A stretch of 64,000 nucleotides of DNA, taken from the NCBI GenBank assembly GCA_965243025.1, contig CBDETY010000003.1:576001-640000 (forward strand). Direction: 5' to 3'. Origin of the DNA: Candidatus Latescibacterota bacterium. Lineage in GTDB: Bacteria > Latescibacterota > UBA2968 > UBA8231. Below, in pieces: positions 18,821 to 29,039 of this stretch (position 1 is its first letter; every line of letters begins with the position of its first letter). The notes under the pieces are model-generated. The model ran no database searches. It worked only from the letters and a program-made list of their open reading frames with translations, and was not told where the DNA came from. Position numbers and translations under genes: made by a program.

Positions 18821-19933
18821 TTATTCGCCGGGTGACCCGACCGTCCTGTGGCGCAGGGTCCGCTCGGCCAGCAGCTCCGGGTCGGGGGACGGCAGGCCTT
18901 CGGTGAACGGCTTGAAGACGCAGCCCTCGGCCAGCTCCATCGCCGGCTGCGACAGGTCGCGGGTGTAGAAGCGGGAGGAGGGGAACAGGTCCCCCGGGTA
19001 GGTGAAGTTCTCCAGGGTCGCCAGTTCGACGCAGACCGAGCCCCCGAGGGCGCTCTCCAGCATGCCCCCGACCCAGACCGGAATGCCGGCGTCCCGGGCC
19101 ATGTCGTGCACCGCCAGGGCGTTGGCCAGGCCGCCGATCCTCCCCGGCTTGATGTTGATGTAGCGGCAGGCCCCGATGCGGATCGCCTGCTTGGCGGCGC
19201 GCGCGTCGACGATGGTCTCGTCGAGACAGATCGGGGTCCCGATCCGTTTCGCGAGCTCGGCGTGGTCGAGGAGGTCGTTGTAATGGAGGGGCTGCTCGAT
19301 GAAGGCGAGCCCCATGCCGTCGATCGCCCGGAAGAAGGGGAGGTCGTCGAGGCTGTACCCCGAGTTGCAGTCGATGTGGAAGGTCATGTCCGGGAAGGTC
19401 GAGGTGACGATCTGCAGCATCTCGAGGTCCCAGCCCGGGGCAACTTTCAGCTTGATGCGCGGGAACCCGGCGTCGACCGCCTTCTCGATGTTTCCCAGGA
19501 GCATGTCGTAGGAATCCTGGATGCCGAAGTCGGCGCCGGCGGCCACGTCCCGCGTCTGTCCGCCGAGCAGCCGGTGCAGCGGCGTCGAGGTGATGCGGCT
19601 CTGCAGCGTCCACCAGCCGATCTCGACGGCCGCCTTGGCGAAGCTGTTCCCCTTGAAGATCGCCAGCCGCCGGTTGAGGTCGGCGGCGGTGTCGAACTCG
19701 CGCCCGACCACCCAGGGCCCCATCACCTCGGAGACGTGGTAGAAGACGGAGCCGGCGCTCTCGGTCAGATAGGTCGGCGCGAAGAACGGGGTGCTCTCCG
19801 ACCAGGCGGAGTGTTCGCCGCTGGTAAGTTTGACAAGCACGGAGTGGATGTCGGCGTCCTCGCCGTAGGCGGTGCGCCAGGGATAGATCAGCGGCATCAC
19901 CGCGTAGTACACGTCGAGCCTGTCGATCTTCAT
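18821..19933 (-). CDS. o-Succinylbenzoate synthase/N-succinylamino acid racemase (NSAR/OSBS subfamily, enolase superfamily)
   Basis: RIKLKV (KxK), IDCN, IEQP, CLDE, INIKPGRIGG, WVGGMLE. Confidence 0.85.
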   Translation of the reverse strand: MKIDRLDVYYAVMPLIYPWRTAYGEDADIHSVLVKLTSGEHSAWSESTPFFAPTYLTESAGSVFYHVSEVMGPWVVGREFDTAADLNRRLAIFKGNSFAKAAVEIGWWTLQSRITSTPLHRLLGGQTRDVAAGADFGIQDSYDMLLGNIEKAVDAGFPRIKLKVAPGWDLEMLQIVTSTFPDMTFHIDCNSGYSLDDLPFFRAIDGMGLAFIEQPLHYNDLLDHAELAKRIGTPICLDETIVDARAAKQAIRIGACRYINIKPGRIGGLANALAVHDMARDAGIPVWVGGMLESALGGSVCVELATLENFTYPGDLFPSSRFYTRDLSQPAMELAEGCVFKPFTEGLPSPDPELLAERTLRHRTVGSPGE

Positions 19934-20185
19934 CTGCTGCTCCCGTTGTTCAACCTGTGCCGCGCCGGGTATTTTGGCTGGGTGAGGGTCGGCAAGGGCG
20001 GTTTCGGTTGTTGCAGCGGTCCGGCGCGGTGAGCTGATTAAGGCGTTTTCCAGGGCAGGGTCAAGCGGTGCCAGCGGCCGGTCGAGCTGCTTGACCGCGG
20101 AGGGGGACCGGGCGCTGCCATTCATTCGCGAGGGTACTCCCGAGAGCCTGCCCCCGATTCTGCAACAACCGACAGGAGGTGACCG

Positions 20186-21049
20186 ATGATCGTCGATACG
20201 CACGTGCACATCTGGGAGGTTCCGCCCAGGGCCCCGGTGGGCCCCACGGCGCCGCGCTGGTCGACCCTCCCGGACGAGGCGGCGACCGCGGAGCAGCTGC
20301 TCGAGGACATGGACGCCAACGGCGTCGACTGGACCGTCCTCGTGCAGACCTCCTTCTCGACCTGGGACAACGGCTACCTCGCCGACAGCGCCCGCAACTA
20401 CCCCGACCGCTTCGTCGTCCACGGCCTCGTCGATCCGCTGGCCCCCGACAACGCCGGGACCGCGGCGTACTGGATGGACGAGCGCGGGCTCGCCGGTTTC
20501 CGCTTTCACCCGATGTACTACCGGACCGACGACCCGGCCGAGGGCAGCATCCTGACGCGGCCCGAGAACGAGGCGATGTTCGCCGCGATTGCCGGGCGCC
20601 GCGGCATAATCCAGGTCCACGCCTTCCCCGAGCACGCCGCCCAGCTCGATCAGGCCGCCTCCCGCTGGCCGCAGATCACCTGGCTGATCGACCACATGAT
20701 GTACCCGCAGCCGGAGTGGGCGGCGGAGGACTGGGCTCCGTACGAACCGGTTCTGGCCCTGGCCGCCCACCCCAACGTCGCCATCAAGATCTCCGACGTG
20801 CACAACCGCTCGCAGCAGGAGTTCCCGCACGCCGACATGCTGCCGGTGGTCCGCAAGGCGGTGGATGCCTTCGGCGGGGACCGCATTCTCTGGGGCACGG
20901 GGTACCCCGGGTATCACCGCGTCAAGCACGGCTGGCCGACCCTGGCCGGAGAGCTGCGCATCGTCGAGGAGGCGTTCGACTTCCTCAGCCCGGAGGAACG
21001 CTCCGGATTGCTGGGGGACAACGCGGCGCGGATCTGGGGCCTGAAATGA
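20186..21049 (+). CDS. Amidohydrolase family (Amidohydro_2, lactonase-like)
   Basis: IVDTHVH, IDH, RILWGTGYP, GDNAARIW; RBS AGGAGG. Confidence 0.85.
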   Translation: MIVDTHVHIWEVPPRAPVGPTAPRWSTLPDEAATAEQLLEDMDANGVDWTVLVQTSFSTWDNGYLADSARNYPDRFVVHGLVDPLAPDNAGTAAYWMDERGLAGFRFHPMYYRTDDPAEGSILTRPENEAMFAAIAGRRGIIQVHAFPEHAAQLDQAASRWPQITWLIDHMMYPQPEWAAEDWAPYEPVLALAAHPNVAIKISDVHNRSQQEFPHADMLPVVRKAVDAFGGDRILWGTGYPGYHRVKHGWPTLAGELRIVEEAFDFLSPEERSGLLGDNAARIWGLK

Positions 21050-21248
21050 GCGCTTTCGAGCTCTGGCGAATGGCCCGTTCCGGCCGACAGCGGGAGGTGA
21101 TACGGGCTAAGCGGTCCGGGGCGTATCAGGCCAGCTTGTTCATCGGCCCCCGCATCCGTCTGTCATCAGCTCGGAGATTCAACTATTTCACCGGTAGCAG
21201 GTTTGAGCAGCATCAGGCATTGCCATTTCATACGAAAGGAGCTGCATC

Positions 21249-21635
21249 ATGAGTAAAGAAACCACGGGAGCATTTGCTTCGCACATAAAGGATGCCGACT
21301 GGGCAGAAGGTCTACGCCCCTACTTCCTCTACCGGGATTTGGGGATCAGCACCGCCACCGACGGCAAGGTATTGGCACACGTCATCCGCGCCAATCAATC
21401 TTGTGACGGACCCATGGGCTACCACTCCCACGCCCTCGACTTTCAAATGAATTACCTGCTCAAAGGCTGGGCACTGCTTGACTTTGAAGACATCGGCCAG
21501 ATTCGCGTTGAAGCCGGCGACGCCTGGTACCAACCGCCCGGAATCAAGCATGAGGTGTTGGAGTATTCCGATGACTTCGAGGTCATCGAGATCACCATGC
21601 CCGCCGAGTTTCCCACGCAGGACGAGTCGCGTTAG
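21249..21635 (+). CDS. Cupin domain protein
   Basis: YRDLG, HSHALDFQ, GDAWYQPPGIKH, EITMPAEFPT; RBS AAGGAG. Confidence 0.85.
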   Translation: MSKETTGAFASHIKDADWAEGLRPYFLYRDLGISTATDGKVLAHVIRANQSCDGPMGYHSHALDFQMNYLLKGWALLDFEDIGQIRVEAGDAWYQPPGIKHEVLEYSDDFEVIEITMPAEFPTQDESR

Positions 21636-21753
21636 CCACCGCGAATACATTCAAGAAAAAAGCAGGAGCGGTCTCCGAATCGCGACTGTTGGTTACAAGA
21701 AAATTGGGTGTGCGGCAAAGCCAGAAAATCGTAACACCCTATAAGGAATTTAT

Positions 21754-22647
21754 ATGAACGTCGGTTTCATCGGTCTGGGTAATATGGGCAATCCGATGGC
21801 GGCAAATCTCCTCAAAGCCCGATACAACCTGACGGTCCACGACCTCCGCCGCGAAATGGGTCGGTCCCTCGAGGTCGCTGGCGCAACGTGGGGGACGAGC
21901 CCGAAGAACGTAGCGGCCCGATCGGATGTGGTGCTTACCTCCCTGCCGGGGCCCAAAGAGGTCGAAGCTGTTGTTCTGGGTGAAGACGGTATTTTCGCCG
22001 GACTGAGCAGCGGAAGCGCCTATATCGACCTGAGCACCAACTCACCCGCAACCCTGCAGAGAATCGCCGAAATTGGTGCGTCGAGAGGATTCCACGTCCT
22101 CGACGCGCCGATCAGCGGCGGGGTATTCGGCGCGAGGGACGGAACGCTCACGATATATGTGGGCGGCGAGCAGGCGGATTTCGAACGGTTTCAACCCCTG
22201 TTCCGGAGCATCGGCAACCATGTCGCTTACATGGGACCGACAGGCAGCGGACACGTAACCAAGCTGGTAAACAACTTGATCATGTTCATCAATTTTGCAG
22301 GTGTCTGCGAAGGGATGGCGATGGGTGCCAGGGCGGGCCTTCAGCCGCAAGCACTGCTCGATGTGATCAAGACCAGCACAGGCGACAGCATGTACCTGCG
22401 CCGGACAATCGGTTTGCTCCTGGCTGGCGAGGATGTGAACTCCGCTGCAGACCTCGCCGTCAAGGACGTGCACCTGGCGGTCGAACTTGGCAGGGAACTC
22501 GATATTCCGCTGGAACTCGGTCCGCTGGTCGAAGATGTTTTCAGGCGGTTCTGCGATGCAGGGCGCGGGCAGGAGGACCAGCTGGAAATCATGCGGGATT
22601 TCATGCAGAGATCGGGAGTAGATGTACCGGAAAGAAAGCCAGCGTAG
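21754..22647 (+). CDS. Beta-hydroxyacid dehydrogenase (3-hydroxyisobutyrate/tartronate semialdehyde reductase family)
   Basis: GFIGLGNMG, DAPISGG, KLVNN, KD motif. Confidence 0.88.
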   Translation: MNVGFIGLGNMGNPMAANLLKARYNLTVHDLRREMGRSLEVAGATWGTSPKNVAARSDVVLTSLPGPKEVEAVVLGEDGIFAGLSSGSAYIDLSTNSPATLQRIAEIGASRGFHVLDAPISGGVFGARDGTLTIYVGGEQADFERFQPLFRSIGNHVAYMGPTGSGHVTKLVNNLIMFINFAGVCEGMAMGARAGLQPQALLDVIKTSTGDSMYLRRTIGLLLAGEDVNSAADLAVKDVHLAVELGRELDIPLELGPLVEDVFRRFCDAGRGQEDQLEIMRDFMQRSGVDVPERKPA

Positions 22648-22898
22648 TTTCTATCTCAGATAACACCATTTCGTTATTAACTAATTCAAAAGAAAGCACA
22701 CCACGAAAAATGCCGTTTCCCTCAAACGGAAAGCGGTCCGAATCTGAACGACTTTGGAGGTAGTGTGCCAACCGAAGCCTCCGACTCCTGGCGGATTTCT
22801 CCCCCCTACCTATGGAGACGCCGGTGGTGGAGTGGCCGAGAGAACCCAGCTCGTGACTGCTCGTGCTGTCAGGACTGGAACCGCGGCAATGAGGGCGA

Positions 22899-23624
22899 TC
22901 ATTCACGGCGCCGCGGAGTCTGGACGCGTTCATCGTGGCTGGTGAGTTCCCGCTTCAATTCCTCACTCGAAAACGTATTGCCTTCGAGAAAATCGAAGTA
23001 CTCAGATTCGGCTTCCCGAACCACAGCAGCCTGCTCAGCAACGTCTGCCGCGATCGATGCCGGGACGGTCAGCAGTCCATTGGCGTCGCCGTGGAGTAAA
23101 TCGCCGGGGCGAATCGACAGACCGCAGATCGAAACCGTGACGCCGAAATCGAGAAACGCTCCATGCCCGTGCGAGACGACGGGGCCCGGGGCGAACATCT
23201 GGACCTTCGGCGCCCGCTCGGCGATCCCCGCAAGGTCGCGAAACCCACCATCAGTAACGACTCCGACGCCGCCCAGATTCTGAAACCAGGTGCAGAACAT
23301 ATCGCCGACAAAGCAGCTCCGGAGGCGATCCTGCCCAACGTATTGAATGACCAAAACGGCGGGTTTCGGCGCCGCCGCGACCATGTCAACGAGATCCACC
23401 AGACGCAGCGGCCTGCTATCGTCGGGTCGGGTCGTATCAGCCGTGCACGTGATCGCGTACCCAACCATCGAGTCCCGCTCCGGAAACTGACACCGCAGCT
23501 CCATTGAAGCGTAGCCGCTCACTGGATCGCGCACGGCAAACGCCTCGACGGCATTGGCGACAGTGGCACTGTCGAATTGCCGAAGTGCATCGATCACTCC
23601 ATGAGTATCCGATTCTGACGACAT
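22899..23624 (-). CDS. RraA/HMG-CHA aldolase family protein
   Basis: MVGYAIT, GVVTDGGFRD, IRPGDLLHGDANG; RBS GGAGGAG. Confidence 0.85.
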   Translation of the reverse strand: MSSESDTHGVIDALRQFDSATVANAVEAFAVRDPVSGYASMELRCQFPERDSMVGYAITCTADTTRPDDSRPLRLVDLVDMVAAAPKPAVLVIQYVGQDRLRSCFVGDMFCTWFQNLGGVGVVTDGGFRDLAGIAERAPKVQMFAPGPVVSHGHGAFLDFGVTVSICGLSIRPGDLLHGDANGLLTVPASIAADVAEQAAVVREAESEYFDFLEGNTFSSEELKRELTSHDERVQTPRRRE

Positions 23625-23641
23625 GTTTGCTCCTCCAGAAT

Positions 23642-24574
23642 TCACTGCTCCCGATGGATCTCTCTCTCGGCATCGACGGTCGATTCGATCTGCTTGAGGA
23701 ATTGAAGTTGTTCGGCCATCACTGACCTCACGTCAGGTTTCGGGGCATCGCCATCCTTTGTGCGCGCAAGATGAAAAACATCTTGAGTGGAATACGGCAT
23801 GTAAACCGACAGGAAACCGTCGAATTCGATCTCCTTGAGTGTCCTGATGATGGATTCGAGGTCCGCGTGCCCCGACCCCAGGGAGTAGTGGTTGGTCTCG
23901 TTGACATGGATGTGCACAATTCGGTTGCCCGCCGCCCGCAGGGCATCCGGGATCGAGGTTTCCGCGATATTCATGTGGAAGACATCGGGCTGAAGGCCCA
24001 GACGATCGACGCCCACTTCGTCGATCAGGCGGATCCCATCACCCACGGTTGTCAGCACACCCGGGTATGCCTCGTACATGTTGAGCGGTTCGAGAACGAG
24101 ATACACATCACGAGCCGCCGCATATTCGCACAGCTCGAGGGTGGAGTCACGAAAATTCTTCCTCAGAGTTTCGATGGGAAGATCGGGAAATGGAACCTGC
24201 GGGACCGCGGGCTGGGAAGCGCATATGTTGAAGTATCGCGCGTCCAGCGCCGCCGCGAGGTCGATGGACCGCTGAGAGTAATCCATGGCCCGCCGTCGCG
24301 CTTCCGTACTCGAACCGGCAAGGTCGCGATGTTCACCCGAATGTGCCGATCCCCAAACTCCCATCACCGCGGGTACTTTCAATCCGAACGATTCGACGGT
24401 CCGCCGGAGCTTTGTCGGATCCATGCGCTCCGCATCTGCCGGCAGATCGGCCCCCTCATAGCCGGCCTCGCGTACGGCCTCCAGGAGTTGTGGCGCCGCC
24501 TTCACGAAGTCGTACCCCATCCAGGCCGATGTTCCGCAGACCACGGAATAACGGAATTGCATCGGACGGTTCAC
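23642..24574 (-). CDS. Sugar phosphate isomerase/epimerase (xylose-isomerase-like TIM barrel, ketose 3-epimerase-like)
   Basis: LEPLNMYE, DVFHMNIAE, HIHVNE, G.GH motifs. Confidence 0.82.
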   Translation of the reverse strand: MNRPMQFRYSVVCGTSAWMGYDFVKAAPQLLEAVREAGYEGADLPADAERMDPTKLRRTVESFGLKVPAVMGVWGSAHSGEHRDLAGSSTEARRRAMDYSQRSIDLAAALDARYFNICASQPAVPQVPFPDLPIETLRKNFRDSTLELCEYAAARDVYLVLEPLNMYEAYPGVLTTVGDGIRLIDEVGVDRLGLQPDVFHMNIAETSIPDALRAAGNRIVHIHVNETNHYSLGSGHADLESIIRTLKEIEFDGFLSVYMPYSTQDVFHLARTKDGDAPKPDVRSVMAEQLQFLKQIESTVDAEREIHREQ

Positions 24575-24729
24575 AATTGATTCGGTTCGGCTGCCTCTCT
24601 ATGAAGCGACGCCCCTGGCCGCTGACCTATACTACCGAATGGCACTCAAAACATCCACTCGACACAGCCCCATCTTCCGCGCATACTAGTGCCTTCGTCA
24701 GAATCGAAATCGCCACAAGGAGTGAGCAG

Positions 24730-25716
24730 TTGCCAACAGTGGTGGTGAGAGGGGAGAGCACGAAGCCAACTCATGTACGCATGCTCGAGGAGGCCGGGTT
24801 CGAGTTGCGGGTGCTCGCAGATGAAAGTTTTTCGCGCGGGCTGACCGGTGATGCGCACGTGGTCGAGGTCCTGAGCGGCGCGTCGGCCGTGATCGCTCAC
24901 GGCGAAGTGTATTCGGCCGCAGTTCTGGAAAGCCTGCCCGACCTCCGTGTCGTGGCTCGCTCCGGGGTCGGTTTCGACAGGGTCGATATCGCAGCCGCAA
25001 CGGCAAACGACGTGGTCGTCACCATCACACCCACAGCCAATCACGAGTCCGTCGCCGAGCACGCGCTGACGCTGATCATGAGCCTGGCAAAGTTCCTGGT
25101 GAGCGGGGACAGATCCACTCGCGGAGGCGCATGGAGCAGGGAGCAACGCAGGCCACTGAGAGGCAGCACACTGGGCATCGTCGGCCTCGGCAGGATCGGC
25201 CGAAGTCTTGCCGTCCGGGCGCTTGGATTGAAGTTGCAGGTCATCGCCGCTGAAGTATACCCGGACAAAGCATTCGTCGAGCAGCGTGGGATCGAACTGG
25301 TCGACCTCGACACGCTCCTCGAACGCGCCGACTTCGTCAGCATCCACTTGCCGCTTACGGACGAGACCAGAGGCATCATCGACGGCGGCAAGCTCGGTCT
25401 GATGAAGCAGAGCGCGTTCATCGTGAATACCGCGAGAGGCGAGCTTATCGTCGAGGCCGACCTGGTTGAAGCGATCAGATCGGGCCAGATAACCGGTGCG
25501 GGAATAGACGTCTTCGAGCGGGAACCAACAGATTCAAACAACCCGCTGTTCGAACTGGACAACGTGATTGTGTCGCCACATGTGGCGGGGATCGACGACG
25601 TGTCAACCGAGGATATGGGCACAGAGGCCGCCAAGTCGATCATCGACCTGTCTCAGGGCAGGTGGCCCGAAGGCGCCGTCGTCAACGCCGATCTGAAAGG
25701 GGACTGGCGCTGGTGA
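24730..25716 (+). CDS. D-2-hydroxyacid/phosphoglycerate dehydrogenase-like protein
   Basis: RSGVGFD, GIVGLGRIG, VNTARG, DVFEREP, SPHVAG; TTG start after AAGGAG. Confidence 0.88.
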   Translation: MPTVVVRGESTKPTHVRMLEEAGFELRVLADESFSRGLTGDAHVVEVLSGASAVIAHGEVYSAAVLESLPDLRVVARSGVGFDRVDIAAATANDVVVTITPTANHESVAEHALTLIMSLAKFLVSGDRSTRGGAWSREQRRPLRGSTLGIVGLGRIGRSLAVRALGLKLQVIAAEVYPDKAFVEQRGIELVDLDTLLERADFVSIHLPLTDETRGIIDGGKLGLMKQSAFIVNTARGELIVEADLVEAIRSGQITGAGIDVFEREPTDSNNPLFELDNVIVSPHVAGIDDVSTEDMGTEAAKSIIDLSQGRWPEGAVVNADLKGDWRW

Positions 25717-25876
25717 CCCAGGCCACCAGGAAGGGGGATGAATGATATCTGATCTGGATGAGGATAAGCGATTCATCAGGGACCCTGATGGACCCATGCG
25801 CTCGTTCTCAGCGAACGGCATAGTACCGGTATGTGCCTGATTTTTCCTATGCTCTCAGCCCCATCGGAGGAACCCC

Positions 25877-26680
25877 ATGTTGACAGACCAGCAACTGCAT
25901 CACTTCCGAACCTTCGGCTTCGTCACCCTGCGCAAGCTGTTCACCCTGGAAGAAGTCGAGATCCTGCGCGAGGAGTACGAGTCCGAGCTCGATCACGTGT
26001 ACGCCGATCAGCCCTTCACGGGGGAGACGCGCTACTGGACGATGATGCTGCACCCGCGCACCCCTCTGTACGCCAGCCTGCTCGAAGACGATCGCTTCTG
26101 CGGCGTGGCCGAGCAGCTCTACGGCGACGACGTCATCGGCATCGGCACCGATGCCAACCGCTATGTCGGCGATACGAGATGGCATCCCGACCACAAGGCC
26201 GATCCATCAGCGGACTGTTTCGGCGTCAAGTTCGCCTTCTACCTCGACCCGGTCGATGCCGGGAGCGGTGCCCTGCGGCTCATCCCCGGGTCGCACCGGC
26301 GCGAGTTCCACTATCAGTTGCACGACTCCCTGAACTCCCTCGAGCTCGACGTGGCCGACGTCCCCGCCTACGTCTGCCGGTCGGAGCCGGGCGACGTGGT
26401 GGCCTTCGACATGCGCTGCTGGCACGCCAGCAGTGGCGGCGCTGCGGGCCGCCGCATGTGCACCTGTGTGTACTACAACAATCCCAAGGGCGAAGTCGAA
26501 GAGGCCGCCACTCGTGAACGCGCCGTCCGCTCGAAGGAGACGCCCGCGCACTTCGGGCGGGATGAACAGTCCATGTACCCGCTCGAATGGCTGCGGAATC
26601 CTTCCGGCAGCCCCAGGCGAGGACGCTGGCTGCGGCGCATGGCTGAGCTCGGGTACTTCGAATTGCCCGCCGTCTCTTGA
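25877..26680 (+). CDS. PhyH family dioxygenase
   Basis: FRTFGF, WHPD, IPGSH, PGDVVAFD, WHAS. Confidence 0.88.
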   Translation: MLTDQQLHHFRTFGFVTLRKLFTLEEVEILREEYESELDHVYADQPFTGETRYWTMMLHPRTPLYASLLEDDRFCGVAEQLYGDDVIGIGTDANRYVGDTRWHPDHKADPSADCFGVKFAFYLDPVDAGSGALRLIPGSHRREFHYQLHDSLNSLELDVADVPAYVCRSEPGDVVAFDMRCWHASSGGAAGRRMCTCVYYNNPKGEVEEAATRERAVRSKETPAHFGRDEQSMYPLEWLRNPSGSPRRGRWLRRMAELGYFELPAVS

Positions 26681-26755
26681 GCGTCCAGGTCGCAGCAAAG
26701 CATTGATGCGACAGTCATACAGTCTATAAACCATATCCCGCAGAAGCGTTGTGGT

Positions 26756-26878
26756 ACATATCTCTGGACCGCGGCTTGCTCGAGGCAATCGACGACGAGG
26801 CGAAGCAGCGCGGCATGACCCGGTCGGCCTTTCCTGGCGACGGCGGCCAGGCCGAGATCGGGGCCACCTGACCGGAGG
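26756..26878 (+). pseudogene. Orphan frameshifted copy of the hicB (RHH) 3' end; direct repeat of 30462-30584
   Basis: Encodes ISLDRGLLEAIDDEAKQRGMTRSAF then shifts frame (CCTTTCC vs CCTTCC); shares the stop and downstream CCGGAGG. Confidence 0.88.
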
Positions 26879-27066
26879 GAACGGCACGGCGTAGGCAGGA
26901 GCCTGCCTCCCCTGGCGGGCGCCGCGAGTCCGTGGCCACGGTGCTGGCCGCCCGAGATCCGTCCCCGAGGTGAGCGAGGCCGTTGCCGTGAACGCCGTCG
27001 ACAAGGCGTGGCCGCGCGGGGTATCTTGGGTGAAGATGCCTCACCGGAGCATAGGGGCTGACCATC

Positions 27067-27705
27067 GTGAGCAACTGGAATGTGAAAGGGCTCATCCTGG
27101 AAGGCGTTCCAGGGACCGGGAAGACGACACTTCTCAACTCTATACTGCGTTCGCGGCGCTATGTCGATCGTTCCTTCCTCAGTACGATGGTCCTCTCGGA
27201 CCATCAGACTCAACGGGTACTCGAGGCCAAGGAGGAGGAAGAGGGCCTCGATCGACATGACAACGTAGCCCTTCTGGAGAGTCACCTCACCTACCTCTGC
27301 GGAATCCAGGAGCGATTGAAAAACATGCCGTGGTGCGCGAATGGGAGGACCAATCAGCGAGCGACCTACCTGATCGAGCGCTTTCACTTCACCCATGTCT
27401 GCCACTACGCCCATATGGACTGGCAGGATGTCGCTCATGTTGACTCGCAGCTCGGCGATCTCGGATGCAAACTGTGCCTGGTCGTCGCCGAACCGCAGGA
27501 AATCGTAGATCGAATCATGGGCGATCGCCCCGGGTGGAGGGAGTGGGTCGGAGGGATCGACGGGAGAGAGCACTTTCGCGCACAGCAGGAGTGTCTGTTG
27601 GGCCTTCGAACGAAGTCGAGACTGGAGTCGATGGTCATCGACTCGTCGAATACTGGTGTCAAACGATCCACTGAGCAGGTATTGGAATTCTGGGATGCAG
27701 TCTGA
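27067..27705 (+). CDS. P-loop NTPase, nucleotide-kinase-like hypothetical protein
   Basis: GLILEGVPGTGKTT Walker A; LIERFH. Confidence 0.7.
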   Translation: MSNWNVKGLILEGVPGTGKTTLLNSILRSRRYVDRSFLSTMVLSDHQTQRVLEAKEEEEGLDRHDNVALLESHLTYLCGIQERLKNMPWCANGRTNQRATYLIERFHFTHVCHYAHMDWQDVAHVDSQLGDLGCKLCLVVAEPQEIVDRIMGDRPGWREWVGGIDGREHFRAQQECLLGLRTKSRLESMVIDSSNTGVKRSTEQVLEFWDAV

Positions 27706-28651
27706 GTACGAGGCCTGGGACAAGGCAGCCTGGGAAGAGGTCTACGGCTTCTATGATTCTGCCGGGACCATGGAGGACGTCTACGGTCCTGGCAATCCTC
27801 AACATCGGCTGGCTCCGGAGTTCTTCGAGTTCTATCGGAGGAACCAACCGGGGAGAGACGCTACCCACGCCCTGAAAAATGCTCTCGTCATGTGGAGCAA
27901 CCTGAAGGGAGTCAGCAATCGCGTTCAGCAGGAGATCAGGCACATCTCTGTTGAAGAGGACGTTTGGGAAGGAATTGCCAACTTGCTGCCTGAAACATTC
28001 TACGCGGATGACAGGGAGGAAGAAGGCCTGGCGCTCCTGCGGGGTCTTGCCGAAAGAGTCGTCCCGCCCAGGAGCCGAACAGCTCTGCTCTTCGAACTCT
28101 CCACACGGCTGATGGAAAGGGGGGAATCAACCGAGGCCCGTGAAGGCTTCGACCGGATCATCGAGTGGAACGCTTCGGAGCGGCATGTCGTCGACGCCCG
28201 GGGGTACATCCACGAACTCGACCGCCTGAACCCCGGGCAGCCGGCCCCCCTGTTCACAAAGGACGCCATCGATGGAGCCGCGATCGATCTCGCCAGCCTT
28301 CGGGGCCGGATCACCCTGCTTCATTTCTGGGGAACGTCCTGCGAATGGTGCAAGTTGATCTACCCTGATCTTCGGTCCCTTGCCCGGGAGTACTCGGAGA
28401 GTGACCTGGTTCTGATCGGTCTTTCATATGACCAGGACCCCGAGTCGCTGAGGTCGACCATTCGGGAGCAGAGATTCACATGGCCGCAGATCTGTGAAGG
28501 GAATGGCTGGAAGGACGAGGTCTTCCGGCTCTACAACGTGAGGGGCGCGCCGACGGCGTATGTGATCGATCGATTCGGCCTCATCGTCCGCAAGATCCCG
28601 GGCGGGAATCGCGGGGAGGAGCTCCGGGAACTGGTTCGATCGCTGGTGTGA
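27695..28651 (+). CDS. TlpA/ResA-like thioredoxin-fold protein with helical N-terminal domain
   Basis: PGQPAPLF, LLHFWGTSCEWCK (CxxC), YNVRGAPTAYVID. Confidence 0.82.
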   Translation: MQSEYEAWDKAAWEEVYGFYDSAGTMEDVYGPGNPQHRLAPEFFEFYRRNQPGRDATHALKNALVMWSNLKGVSNRVQQEIRHISVEEDVWEGIANLLPETFYADDREEEGLALLRGLAERVVPPRSRTALLFELSTRLMERGESTEAREGFDRIIEWNASERHVVDARGYIHELDRLNPGQPAPLFTKDAIDGAAIDLASLRGRITLLHFWGTSCEWCKLIYPDLRSLAREYSESDLVLIGLSYDQDPESLRSTIREQRFTWPQICEGNGWKDEVFRLYNVRGAPTAYVIDRFGLIVRKIPGGNRGEELRELVRSLV

Positions 28652-28771
28652 GGACTGGACGGCGACCGTGGAGGAGACCCTGGCCGAGTTCGTCGAGAAG
28701 TACCAGCGGTTCTACAGCAACGCCGACCTGCTGCGGCTGCCACCGGCGGGTGGATGACGCCTCGCAGCGAG

Positions 28772-28800
28772 TTGATATTCGGACACTTGTGTCCTATGAT
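28772..28800 (+). promoter_or_regulatory. Sigma70-type promoter of hicAB with operator palindrome in the spacer
   Basis: TTGATA-17 nt-TATGAT; spacer holds GGACAC-TT-GTGTCC; GTG start only 5 nt after the -10. Confidence 0.7.
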
Positions 28801-28805
28801 CTGAC

Positions 28806-29021
28806 GTGAAAGGCGGGGAATTCGTGAACAGGGTTTTTGAGCTCGGGGCGGAGCGGGGCGTTTCGGTTCGCCTCGATACCAAGCGCGGCAAGGGCAGTCA
28901 CGTCACGCTGTATTTCGGCTCGCGGAAGACCATTGTGAAGGACCGCCGGAAAGAGCTGCCTCCTGGCCTCCTCTCCGCCATGATCCGTCAGCTTGGTCTC
29001 GAACGCAGCGACTTCCGTTGA
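28806..29021 (+). CDS. hicA: HicA toxin (type II TA)
   Basis: GKGSHVTLY, KELPPGLLSAMIRQLGL. Confidence 0.85.
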   Translation: MKGGEFVNRVFELGAERGVSVRLDTKRGKGSHVTLYFGSRKTIVKDRRKELPPGLLSAMIRQLGLERSDFR

Positions 29022-29039
29022 ACCAGGAAGGAGATCTTC

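Noticed and set aside
18821-20929. Apparent long N-terminal fusions in the ORF track (702-aa NSAR, 655-aa AKR, 1025-aa YbbP, 495-aa epimerase)
   Set aside because: The extensions overlap other real genes, and internal starts give normal family lengths.
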